UHGV virus genome: UHGV-0078430
Origin: a virus
DNA length: 40,470 nucleotides
Reading direction: 5' to 3' (one strand)
The position numbers were made by a program, and so were the translations under genes. The notes beneath the pieces are model-generated. The model was given only the letters and a program-made list of their open reading frames with translations. It was not told the DNA's origin and did not search any database. Each line of letters opens with the position of its first letter. The stretch's first letter is position 1. This document shows positions 9,022 through 18,176 of this stretch, piece after piece.

Positions 9022-9684
9022 TTAGCCCAACCTTTGAGCAATCCTGTATGACGTGCTCAGAGGCATTCTGAGAGCATCTGCAATGCACTTAATGGGTTTG
9101 CCTTGCCTGTATAGTTTTATGAAGCTGTCGAGCGTCTCAGGTGGGTAAATGGTGGGTCTTCCTCTTAAGCCTCCTCTGTTAATGATGGTTAACGGTAATA
9201 GCGTGTCAGCACAGCAAACCATCTGCGTAATTTCATGCTTACGTGGTTCTTTTTTAAAAACAACGACTGCACTTGGAAACGGTGAACGAATAACAAGCCT
9301 GTTATGGCCTGCTGGTGGAAGGTATTTAACTGCACGATGAAGAATACGGATTTCATGGCAAAGCGGGTTTGTGAAGATGTGCTTAAGCCAGTATATGGTT
9401 TGGGGTCGGTACGGTATCAGGAATACCGCTAAATCTGCTTCAGACGCTTTTACGAGGAATGTTTTAGTGTCGCTGTATGGTGGGTTACAGAATACCTTTT
9501 CACCAACCCATGACTGATTGTGGATATCATCGGTGAACCGTGGCAACAATGCGTCATGCTCAGTTGCAGCACCATCCAGACTGAAACTAAACTCACGGTG
9601 TAAGTTCTTGAATAATAAAAATGGAGTTCTCCAGTAATCAGAACCCCCATGATGTTTCCCGATTAAAATACACTCAATTGACAT
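9022..9684 (-). CDS. phage-type DNA N6-adenine methyltransferase (Dam family) with C-terminal HTH
   Basis: FCNPPYSD catalytic motif, DGAATEHDALLPRF upstream motif typical of phage Dam-like MTases; C-terminal HTH-like tail (LSTSYRIAQRLG). Confidence 0.8.
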   Translation of the reverse strand: MSIECILIGKHHGGSDYWRTPFLLFKNLHREFSFSLDGAATEHDALLPRFTDDIHNQSWVGEKVFCNPPYSDTKTFLVKASEADLAVFLIPYRPQTIYWLKHIFTNPLCHEIRILHRAVKYLPPAGHNRLVIRSPFPSAVVVFKKEPRKHEITQMVCCADTLLPLTIINRGGLRGRPTIYPPETLDSFIKLYRQGKPIKCIADALRMPLSTSYRIAQRLG

Positions 9685-10001
9685 AAGAAATAAAAATTTT
9701 TATTGCAATCACTCTTGACAAGGTTTACTCTCTTTTAAGAGATACTTAACAGGCTTTCTAAACGGATATCCTTTCTGGGATATCTATCTCTTATCTTAAA
9801 AGTCTTTATAGATACTTTAAAGATATCTGTATTAAATCTGTACAGTAACTTTTCAGACTCTGAAAATTTTTATAAAATCGTAATAGCCCCTCTTCAAATT
9901 CCCCTTCTAAAAATCTTCGAAAATATCTATCACAGGTCTATACCTGCTAAGTACCCGCCACACCAGCTATGTGACCCCCTTTGCAGAATTTTAAAATATC
10001 T

Positions 10002-10766
10002 ATGAGGTTTATTCGATAGAGGTTGGTACAAGCCCAACTAACCGAATCAACTATTGACTTTCTTCATAGTATCTGTTAACTCCACCTCAAGAAACCTTCA
10101 TCACACTTCAAAGCATCTATCAAGAAGATTTAACCTATCAATAGCTGTAACATTTTATAGTTCTGTGAAGTCCTATCCAGTTTTCTCTGTAACAGACACA
10201 AACTTCTGTGACCTTATGTATCAATGACTTACAAGACATGCTCTCAAGGTGCTGTATAGCCTCTTATCAGCCAATACACAAAACCCTTATAAATCAGTAC
10301 TGATACATATACAGTGTGTTTTTAACATAATAGCTGTTTTACGCACTAATCGTGTTCTACATGAAATCTGTATAGATATTAAGGTGTCTGTAAGTGATTT
10401 TTTAAGAGGAACTACGAAGGAACTATGAGGTTGATTCCTAGAACTAACCGAATCAACTATAACCATCACCTCCTAACTTTCACATAGCTGATTGTTATCT
10501 CTTGCAACTGTAACGTATGGTGACCAAACATCTATATATCGTTATATAGCCCTGTATATAGCACTTTTCTAGGAGTCTGGAGAGGGACGACTAACACGAT
10601 ACAGTTTACCCTGAAAAGAGACTTCACAGATTCTTTATATATTTCAATAAGTTAGGGTAAAAAGAGACTATGCTGATACTGCATAGAATCTGTGTAAAAC
10701 TGCTTAGATACTTGGGAAAATGCCTTTAAATTGCATAGTCATAGGGGTTGGAACAAGCCCAACTAC
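10002..10766. repeat. family of three related 25-55-bp elements in an ORF-poor region
   Basis: 10002-10056 atgaggtttattcgatagaggttggtacaagcccaactaaccgaatcaactat; 10424-10460 atgaggttgattcctagaactaaccgaatcaactat; 10741-10766 ataggggttggaacaagcccaacta; core gttgg-N7-ccaac dyad. Confidence 0.5.
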
Positions 10767-11054
10767 ACCTGATATTGTCCTGTAATTAACAGGTCTCTTA
10801 GAAAACCGAATAGACTTCATTCAAGGGTCATTGAAGTCATAATCATTTCAGTAGAAAAACCAGGTCTCGATTTTAAATGCAAATAGCAATCATATTCAAT
10901 AAGGCAAGACGATCAGGATCAGTGAAAATGTCATTTTTGGCGTAATTACCCTTACTTTATGCATGGCCTTAACAAAGACATCATCTTTCCGTTGCAGATC
11001 TTCGCCCTTTCAAATAACGTACTTTACAACTTTCCCGAACAAGGAGTTGTGCCC

Positions 11055-11351
11055 GTGTTGTATGTTATTTACGCTCAAGACAAAGCTGATAGCCTCGAAA
11101 AACGCCTTTCCGTTCGTCCGGCACATTTAGCACGTTTACAGTTACTGCATGATGAAGGTCGTTTGTTGACAGCTGGTCCAATGCCAGCGGTAGACAGTAA
11201 CGATCCAGGGGCTGCGGGATTTACTGGCTCAACCGTTATTGCTGAATTTGAATCGCTGGAAGCAGCTCAGGCCTGGGCCGATGCTGACCCGTACGTAGCG
11301 GCAGGAGTCTATGAACACGTTTCAGTGAAACCATTTAAGAAAGTGTTCTAA
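11055..11351 (+). CDS. yciI: YciI-like protein
   Basis: 98-aa product from GTG start with AAGGAG RBS 8 nt upstream; sequence (RPAHLARLQ...GRLLTAGP...ADPYV..GVYE) matches my recollection of enterobacterial YciI family; the longer ORF from 10959 is probably not the real start. Confidence 0.75.
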
Positions 11352-11415
11352 TTTATTAGAAATTTGCACTTAAATCAAAAAGTTACGGACAATTCAACCA
11401 CCAATCAATAAATTA

Positions 11416-11450
11416 AAGGGCACATTAAAGTACACAATATTTGTGCCCTT
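11416..11450. terminator. hairpin between convergent yciI and invertase genes
   Basis: 9-bp stem aagggcaca/tgtgccctt with 17-nt loop, T-rich flank; weak as intrinsic terminator. Confidence 0.3.
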
Positions 11451-11469
11451 CTCTGTTTCTTTCCCGTTA

Positions 11470-12018
11470 TCAGCTAGCTGGAAACTTTTTATACAGAGTT
11501 GAGAGCCCTACTCCATACGTTTTTGATACGCTTTGTCGTGATTCACCGGTTGCCATCCGCTCCCCCATTTCCCGCCATTGCTCATCCGTGAACTTAGGCC
11601 TGCGACCACCAACTCGCCCTTTTGCCCTGGCTACGGCCAGCCCTGCTAAGGTACGTTCGCTATTAAGATCAGATTCATATTGTGCTGCGGAAAGGATGTT
11701 ACGAAAGTTATAGCGGCCGCTGGCTGTTTTGAGATCCACGCCATCGGTAATACTGCGGAAGTTGATACCCTTTTCCTGTAACTGCTGGAACATCAACAGC
11801 GCATGCAGAACGTTGCGGCCTATCCTGTCCAGCTTCCAGACCACCAGTTCATCCCCCGGCTGCATAGTGGCGATCAGCCGTTTTAGAACCGGCCGATTCG
11901 ATTTCCTCCCGCTGGCATGCTCTTCAAAAATTTTCTCACAACCCGCTGACTTGAGCGCCGTTAGTTGCAATTCAGTGTCCTGGTGGTTTGTTGATACTCG
12001 GGCATAACCGTAAATCAT
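11470..12018 (-). CDS. site-specific DNA invertase (Pin/Gin/Hin/Cin family small serine recombinase)
   Basis: MIYGYARVSTNHQ catalytic-Ser N-terminus, VVWKLDRIGR motif, C-terminal HTH (VGLSTLYKK); start trimmed to internal ATG at 12018 with AGGAG RBS 7 nt upstream. Confidence 0.9.
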   Translation of the reverse strand: MIYGYARVSTNHQDTELQLTALKSAGCEKIFEEHASGRKSNRPVLKRLIATMQPGDELVVWKLDRIGRNVLHALLMFQQLQEKGINFRSITDGVDLKTASGRYNFRNILSAAQYESDLNSERTLAGLAVARAKGRVGGRRPKFTDEQWREMGERMATGESRQSVSKTYGVGLSTLYKKFPAS

Positions 12019-12021
12019 GGG

Positions 12022-12048
12022 ATTTCTCCTGTTATGAAAACAGGAGAA
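12022..12048. other. 27-bp inverted repeat overlapping the invertase RBS
   Basis: minus strand tttctcctgtt-ttcat-aacaggagaaa, 11-bp arms with 5-bp spacer immediately upstream of the invertase start codon. Confidence 0.3.
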
Positions 12049-12077
12049 ACGGCGAAGCATCACCAGATTTTTGATGG

Positions 12078-12103
12078 TTATAAAAAAGGTTGGTTTGGGA
12101 AAC
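12078..12103. other. candidate hix/gix-like recombination site
   Basis: ttataaaaaaggttggtttgggaaac resembles my recollection of 26-bp hix/gix sites (TTATCAAAAACC..GGTTT..); only one copy found. Confidence 0.3.
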
Positions 12104-12152
12104 ACGAAGTATGAATGTAGTGCACCACATAAATTTCGAATCTTTGGCAAGC

Positions 12153-12183
12153 AAAACTGGATCACTAATAGTGATCCAGTTTT
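12153..12183. other. perfect 31-bp palindrome
   Basis: aaaactggatcact-aat-agtgatccagtttt, 14-bp arms; downstream of tail-fibre stop; terminator or protein-binding site. Confidence 0.4.
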
Positions 12184-12251
12184 AAATACCAATCGAAGGT
12201 TAAATGGTGGGCTTGTTGAGCCTAGAGCCTGTACATAAATTTTTTATTTTA

Positions 12252-14687
12252 CTATTCCATCTCGTCCATTCTCTTCATGACCATTGCGATATTCCGTCGT
12301 TGAAGCGCCGCCTCCATCACCAGAGCCTCCTCATATCGGATGCCGTATTTCTCACCGACAACGTAAGATTCAGCTATCAGCTTTTCATGCGCTGGTTCGG
12401 TCATGTTCCACAGCTCTGGTGAAACCTGTTTCCCATCGTCATCATAAACCGCTGGCACGACTTCATACACAGCAGGGACTGATTCATAAACAGCGGGAAT
12501 GGTTTCTTCTGGGTCGTAGCAAAAGAAAGCAAAACTATGAGGATCAAGGCCGTGGCGTTCAAAAGCCTCCTTGGCACGCTGAGCAATAATTCCAAAGTGC
12601 CAACGAGCACCGTCATCACCCTTGGCCTCTATCCTGTCGATAAACTGGAACTGCACGAAATCTACTTCCGCCCAGGCGTCCAGGATAATATCGGCATACG
12701 AGTCTTCCATCAGCCTGGGATCGGATACCGCCTCTGGCTCGAGGGACCCACGTGCCAGCATGACTGGACGTGATTTTTGTAGCTCATCGGATGTAACGGT
12801 GAACGCCGTCTGAGTGAATCCGCCAGCCCATATGGATGAGCTTGTCCCGACGCTATACGTGTTAGTCGCAACCGGCTGAACATTCCCGGTCACTCGAAGA
12901 GGCGAAAATACATCACTGACCGTAGCCGCAAATCGGGCTAACTCAGTACCCGGCGAATCCTCTGTAGAACCAGAATAGAGACGAACGCCGTTTTTACTGA
13001 ATATCGTGGTCGCAGATAAATCGTTAGCACCCTTTATCACGCCAATTCCAGCCTGCCAGTCCGCAGAACTGGGGCCTGTGACATCAGTGATGCTGTGCAG
13101 AGTTCCGCCCATCCGCCCGAACGGATCTGTAACGTTATCAAGATGCACCCCTCTTATCGTTATTTTACCAGTACTGCCGCCACCAGATACAAACCCTACA
13201 GGGCAATCCTTAAAAGTTACTCCACTTAACTTCGCGTATTTCCTGTTGATGATTGCGGCTCTGCTAACGTCTCTGCATACCAGCCCATTAATTACCGTAT
13301 CGTCCCCATTACCATACTCTCGGCCAGTCGATGTGCCACTGGTTGAGGCGGTGACAGATAAGCCATCTTCCGCGTTGGCTATCTGAATGTTAGAACCCCG
13401 GCAGTGCCGCTCTTCTATCCAGACGCCGTTTTTAAGTCGTCCGCCTTCATCACCGATAGCAACGATATTATTAAAATTAACAAATGGTGCCTTAATGTGC
13501 AGTCCGATTAACGTTGTGTAATCAGCACCAAACCGGTTTTGAACGACCGTTATGTCAGATACGTTTGCCCACGCACTCGATCCTCTTCCTTCTAAACTAC
13601 CAATCGGGCCTTGCTTGATACGAACACCCGCCCCAGGACAGCCAACGTCTCCAAAGTCAGAAACGTAGACATTAGATACTTTTGGCGCAATAGACATAAC
13701 ATCAACACCAGCCCAGGGGTTATTTGGCTCATCAAGCTGGCCGAAGTTAAATACGAAAATGTTATTAAGATGGAATGCGCGGCTGACAGATCCGTTATCT
13801 TTAATATCAATCCCATCAGCGCCGGTATTTTCTGACCAGTAACCATCAATAACGCACCCTTTGTAGCCGCCGTTCTGCAAACCCAGCCCATAGTGGGAGC
13901 AATTTTTAACCTTTAGGTTGTTGATGCTGAGACCCTCAATCCCCGCGCCGACCACCCCCTCTGTTTGTCTTACATAAGACGCAGACGTGAAATCTCCATG
14001 ATAGTTACCGTCAATGCAGATGTTGTGCAGACCTACACCATGAACTTTCGTAATGCCGTTTTGCAGCGGAGCCTTGGACCACTGGATAACGCCGTATGCC
14101 GAGTTGGTTGCATAAGCCTGAATGGTGGTTGAATTCCACCCCTGCCCACACAGGATTACGTTGTCGTAAGGAATGCGAAGAGCTGCAACGCGGATGGTCG
14201 CGGTCGAAGAGCTGAAATCAGACTCATCCATATGAACCTGATAAAGGCTTTTGGTGAAAACAATTCTTCCACCGCCAGCAGCGCTTAGTTCTGCTGCTTT
14301 TTGCATAATTTTATCGGCGTTAGATTTAGCGACAGTGATCGATACCAATCCACTTACAACACCAAATGATTCGGCTGTAACTTGAATACCTTCTAATCCA
14401 AGGTTTGTGGTAATCGCTGTCGCCAGCTTTGCCACCAGTCCATCAACGTCACCATCATCGAGCGCGTCCAGTTCGGCGTTCGCGATAAACTGCCCCAGTA
14501 CAGCCGCCATCGTCGACGGTTGGCGCAGCGCTTTACTGACCTGTGCGCTGGATGCTTTACCCGAGGAGAATCCTTTCTTCAGTGCGGTTAGCGTCTCCCA
14601 TTCCTCCTGCGAGGTAACATTTGCATTAGCATCTGTCGCAAACGCTTTAAAATCATTAGTTCCAGCCATTAAAGTAATCTCCCCCAT
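12252..14687 (-). CDS. tail fibre / tailspike protein with beta-helix-like central domain
   Basis: 811 aa, Gly/Asn/Val-rich repetitive central region typical of parallel beta-helix tailspikes, C-terminal tandem PAVYE repeats; last gene of tail module next to invertase. Confidence 0.7.
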   Translation of the reverse strand: MGEITLMAGTNDFKAFATDANANVTSQEEWETLTALKKGFSSGKASSAQVSKALRQPSTMAAVLGQFIANAELDALDDGDVDGLVAKLATAITTNLGLEGIQVTAESFGVVSGLVSITVAKSNADKIMQKAAELSAAGGGRIVFTKSLYQVHMDESDFSSSTATIRVAALRIPYDNVILCGQGWNSTTIQAYATNSAYGVIQWSKAPLQNGITKVHGVGLHNICIDGNYHGDFTSASYVRQTEGVVGAGIEGLSINNLKVKNCSHYGLGLQNGGYKGCVIDGYWSENTGADGIDIKDNGSVSRAFHLNNIFVFNFGQLDEPNNPWAGVDVMSIAPKVSNVYVSDFGDVGCPGAGVRIKQGPIGSLEGRGSSAWANVSDITVVQNRFGADYTTLIGLHIKAPFVNFNNIVAIGDEGGRLKNGVWIEERHCRGSNIQIANAEDGLSVTASTSGTSTGREYGNGDDTVINGLVCRDVSRAAIINRKYAKLSGVTFKDCPVGFVSGGGSTGKITIRGVHLDNVTDPFGRMGGTLHSITDVTGPSSADWQAGIGVIKGANDLSATTIFSKNGVRLYSGSTEDSPGTELARFAATVSDVFSPLRVTGNVQPVATNTYSVGTSSSIWAGGFTQTAFTVTSDELQKSRPVMLARGSLEPEAVSDPRLMEDSYADIILDAWAEVDFVQFQFIDRIEAKGDDGARWHFGIIAQRAKEAFERHGLDPHSFAFFCYDPEETIPAVYESVPAVYEVVPAVYDDDGKQVSPELWNMTEPAHEKLIAESYVVGEKYGIRYEEALVMEAALQRRNIAMVMKRMDEME

Positions 14688-15349
14688 GCGCCGTCATCAA
14701 AACCGGCGATGTATTCGTTATCCATGTCAAATCCAAAGAATTTTGTTCCTTCGGACGGTGTTTCGACCGAGGGTGTTTCAACGCCGCCAGCCCATACACC
14801 AGCAGCTTTAACGGTGAGATAACCCTGTTTGATAGCGGCTATCAGTTCGAGTGACACATCAGAAATATCAGTCTCGGGAAAAACCCAGACCGATATCGTC
14901 ATGTCCTGGTTGTCGACAATTTGCATCCTCAGGCCTGAGCCTGCAGTCGCAGCGTCAAGGATGGGAGGCAGAGAGTCGTTCCGACCGTCCCAGTTGTTGA
15001 TAGCGATTTTCGCTTTCAGAATGATGCGGTACGTCTCATCGCTTAGCGTCGTATAGCCAGAATCAGGATCATATGGCCCTTGCCAGATGCCCTGGTCATA
15101 CCCAAGCCCGTCAGTGTCCCAGCTGAAATAAACTCCGCTAATTGGCTGGCTGACTATGCGACTGCGTCCGATCCACAGACCGAGGATGTCGAGCTGTACA
15201 CCGACAGCAGTATCGATATCGAAGGCTGTTATAAGCCCTGACATAGTGCTGGACACATCAATCAGCGGGCGGGTGCTCAGATCTATATGGTCAAAAAAGA
15301 GTGGCTTGGTAGCGTGGTAGTTAGTGATCAGTTCGGTGTATTTGCTCAT
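14669..15349 (-). CDS. baseplate protein (P2 gpI / Mu gp48-like by position)
   Basis: 226 aa, between baseplate J-like gene and tail fibre gene as in P2/Mu gene order. Confidence 0.5.
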   Translation of the reverse strand: MSKYTELITNYHATKPLFFDHIDLSTRPLIDVSSTMSGLITAFDIDTAVGVQLDILGLWIGRSRIVSQPISGVYFSWDTDGLGYDQGIWQGPYDPDSGYTTLSDETYRIILKAKIAINNWDGRNDSLPPILDAATAGSGLRMQIVDNQDMTISVWVFPETDISDVSLELIAAIKQGYLTVKAAGVWAGGVETPSVETPSEGTKFFGFDMDNEYIAGFDDGAWGRLL

Positions 15350-16545
15350 GAGGTCACCGTGATACTGATATTCGCGGTGCTACAGGACGCTAAAGCATCA
15401 TAGGCAATATCAATGTTTGATGCCGATACGCTGCCAGACGACTTACCGATCAGCAGGTCGGTAATATCGTAATAGCGGGCATTCCCGCCGCTCACAACGC
15501 CGAGGTTTGCCGGGGAATAAATACGGCTCAGCAGAACGTCGTCGCCAATTGTTAGGCCATTTATATAATCGGCAACAGCCTGTTTAATCTGCTCGCCGAT
15601 TTGAGAGGTATAGCCGGTAAAAACTTTCAGGGTAATGGCTACGAAAATTGGCACATCGGTAGAGCGCGAAAAACTGATGACGTGAGGATTACCATAAGTA
15701 TCCGGCACTGTGACAGAAGTTTTACCGTAAGTTGCGGTTCCCTGCCCTTTATTCCCCCTGATGGTCTGGGCTATCTCGGTAACATCCCCTCCATCGACGA
15801 TGGCGGAAATAGAGTGTGGCGGCAGCCCGTTGCTGTCGGTTGCCCCAGTGTCGTTCTCATATAGTTTGTGACGTGTCACGCCAGCAACATTAGCGATAGC
15901 ACCGTCGACACCTTCAAACGGTGTGATCGATGGTAGCGCGACGCTTTGCCCCTGCCGAATGCGCAGCTCTGCGTCGGTTTCGGCTGGTGAACCGACAGTA
16001 GCCGCAACTGGATTGGTTACCGACACCCAACCTCGGGTCGGGGTGTTGATAGTGGTAATAGTCCCGGCCAGCGCCGCAACCGAACCGCTATTCGCACATG
16101 TGGCCGTCACCAGCACAGTACCATCAACGCCGATCGCCACACTCGCTGGAAAATTCCAGATAATGCCGTTTTTATCCCGTGCGGAGCCATTCGTGATAGT
16201 CGTGCCTGCCGTACCGGTTAACAGAAGGTCAGCAGTAGAGTTTGTCGCTACTTTTCGCGTGATCCCGTTAATTTTCACATTGCTGCTAAGCGCTGCGGCC
16301 TGCGCTGTCGTCGGTGAAAAAGAGTTGTAGATCCCGATAGCGGTGTTGTTAGCGTCATGCACGGCAAGAGCCACCAGCGCGACCATCTGCCCGTCTTTGC
16401 TGTCTGGTTCGAGGTAGGCATCACTACCGTAAATCTGCCTGAAATAGCTGGTCAGTGTATCTAGGATTGTCTGGTAATCAGGCGCACTAATCCCCTGGGC
16501 GGTTACCGTTGCCGATAGCCCCAGCGTGTCGAGGTTCAAAGCCAT
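15346..16545 (-). CDS. baseplate J-like protein
   Basis: 399 aa; position after W-like gene and before I-like gene; N-terminal region resembles baseplate J family. Confidence 0.65.
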   Translation of the reverse strand: MALNLDTLGLSATVTAQGISAPDYQTILDTLTSYFRQIYGSDAYLEPDSKDGQMVALVALAVHDANNTAIGIYNSFSPTTAQAAALSSNVKINGITRKVATNSTADLLLTGTAGTTITNGSARDKNGIIWNFPASVAIGVDGTVLVTATCANSGSVAALAGTITTINTPTRGWVSVTNPVAATVGSPAETDAELRIRQGQSVALPSITPFEGVDGAIANVAGVTRHKLYENDTGATDSNGLPPHSISAIVDGGDVTEIAQTIRGNKGQGTATYGKTSVTVPDTYGNPHVISFSRSTDVPIFVAITLKVFTGYTSQIGEQIKQAVADYINGLTIGDDVLLSRIYSPANLGVVSGGNARYYDITDLLIGKSSGSVSASNIDIAYDALASCSTANISITVTS

Positions 16546-16899
16546 TTATGCCTCGCTTGTTACAGTCGTCTGGCCGTAGATTGTGTCAATGGAGGAAGTG
16601 AAGGTGACGCGACGGCTGGTGCCGTCATAATTGGTATCGAAGGAAAGAATCGACAGAACGCCCGGTGTATCCTGTATGCGTTCGCGTATAGCCAGGATGT
16701 AGACATCTGATCGCTGCTTCCCAAGCACTGACTGAACATACGGCGTGCCTTCCGTCAGATCGAGAAACCACTGACCGCGCCACAGCTCGAAACGGGTTTT
16801 TACGGCCTGGGCGACACATTCCGGACTGTCGATAAGGAAAGTATCGTCACCCTGGCCGAAAGTGTAATCGCCTTCAGTATCTTCGCGACGGTATCGCAT
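16546..16899 (-). CDS. baseplate wedge protein (gpW / Mu gp46-like)
   Basis: 117 aa, between V-like and J-like genes. Confidence 0.55.
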   Translation of the reverse strand: MRYRREDTEGDYTFGQGDDTFLIDSPECVAQAVKTRFELWRGQWFLDLTEGTPYVQSVLGKQRSDVYILAIRERIQDTPGVLSILSFDTNYDGTSRRVTFTSSIDTIYGQTTVTSEA

Positions 16900-17639
16900 T
16901 ATTGCGGCCCTCCGGTAGTTCCCCCGCCAGTCTGTACTCCGCCATGTTTATGCGTGGCGACACTGATACCAGAAGCTGTTACGTCATTCGTTACCGTCAC
17001 CGGCCCAAGCATCGTCGCAGTACCGCCGCTTTCGCCCATTCCCTGAGACAAGTTGCCATTAATCGTTACGTTGCCGTTCAGCGTGATAGTCGGGGATGTG
17101 ATTGTCGTTCCACCTTCAGCCGTAGCTGTAAGCTGGCCCGGTGTTTTAATGGTGATGTTATGTCCTGCGGCGACTTCTACAAACGCCGCACCATCATCGG
17201 TTCGCAGCTGCGCGGCGCTGGTACTGATACCGCTGATTTTCCGTGCTTGCGACTGCGGGCCAACGATGGCGAACGCATCAGATAAGTCATGCTGGCGCGG
17301 GTCGACGGTCTCCTGAACGCCGCCGCTCTGCCACCAAAAATCGATGCAACGGTCAGCAAAAATCAGGAGGCACTCGTCGCCTTCTTTTACCGGAAAGGTC
17401 AGCGTGCAACCGCCGCCGCGCGGGAAGATGACCGGCACATCCACCAGCGGTTTTAATTCGGTGGATCCATCGCCAACAATACCGCGTAGCGCCACCTCTA
17501 CTGTGCAGGTAACAGTCTCAGGATCGAACGACTGAATGATGCCGGGCATCGCTACGCGCATCTGGGTCGACACCGAATCGGCAATGGCCTGCGCGGTCTG
17601 CTGCTCACCGCCGATCTGTGATTGAGTTGGAATTGGCAT
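16899..17639 (-). CDS. baseplate assembly protein V-like (central spike)
   Basis: 246 aa; Gly/Thr-rich C-terminal region with HKH motif (SVATHKHGG) reminiscent of spike-apex metal-binding motif; position after hub gene. Confidence 0.65.
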   Translation of the reverse strand: MPIPTQSQIGGEQQTAQAIADSVSTQMRVAMPGIIQSFDPETVTCTVEVALRGIVGDGSTELKPLVDVPVIFPRGGGCTLTFPVKEGDECLLIFADRCIDFWWQSGGVQETVDPRQHDLSDAFAIVGPQSQARKISGISTSAAQLRTDDGAAFVEVAAGHNITIKTPGQLTATAEGGTTITSPTITLNGNVTINGNLSQGMGESGGTATMLGPVTVTNDVTASGISVATHKHGGVQTGGGTTGGPQ

Positions 17640-17650
17640 AAAACCCCCAT

Positions 17651-17674
17651 AAAAAAACCAGCCGAAGCTGGTTT
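17651..17674 (-). terminator. Rho-independent terminator
   Basis: minus strand stem aaaccagc/gctggttt with 4-nt loop followed by U-run (plus-strand A7 at 17651-17657); lies just upstream of V gene. Confidence 0.45.
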
Positions 17675-17861
17675 GGTATCAATTATCTCTTAGTAACTAA
17701 GCTACATCAGTGTGAAGTAAGGCTTTTCCGCTGCAATGGCACACATTCACAAGGTGTATTAGGATATGTTTGCAACAAGTAAGCATTGAAAATCAATTTC
17801 AGCCATGAAGCCGCCATAGAGTGGACCTGCACCATCGCATTATTGACTACAGGAGTAACAA

Positions 17862-18152
17862 ATGGGATTTAGATTTCGTAAAAGAATCCGGATTGCGCCC
17901 GGACTCGCGATCAACATTAGTAAAAGCGGAGTAAGCACTTCAATTGGTGGTAAAGGTTCCACCATTAACATCGGGAAAAAAGGCGTAAAGATGACAAATG
18001 GCCTTCCCGGCACGGGGCTGTCGCATACCACTAACCTTTACTCTCCCGGGAAATCGACAGAAAAAAAACAACTTACTCATAAGCAAAAAATAATTAGAAA
18101 CATCCTGTTCGTAATTATTGTGTTTATTATAATTAAAGCTCAATATTTTTGA
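17862..18152 (+). CDS. DUF4236-like protein with C-terminal hydrophobic helix (moron)
   Basis: N-terminus MGFRFRKRIRIAPGLAINISKSGVSTSIGGKG...GLPGTGLS matches my recollection of the DUF4236 signature; opposite strand to surrounding tail genes; lower-GC local context. Confidence 0.6.
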   Translation: MGFRFRKRIRIAPGLAINISKSGVSTSIGGKGSTINIGKKGVKMTNGLPGTGLSHTTNLYSPGKSTEKKQLTHKQKIIRNILFVIIVFIIIKAQYF

Positions 18153-18157
18153 CGCAT

Positions 18158-18176
18158 GCCCGCCTATCTGGCGGGC
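18158..18176 (+). terminator. terminator hairpin between convergent moron genes
   Basis: gcccgcc-tatct-ggcgggc followed by tatttt. Confidence 0.4.

Noticed and set aside
12252-14687. Tail-fibre invertible segment with alternative C-termini
   Set aside because: No oppositely oriented fibre C-terminal ORF or chaperone gene is present, and only one hix-like site was found; the invertase is reported but an active inversion switch cannot be supported.
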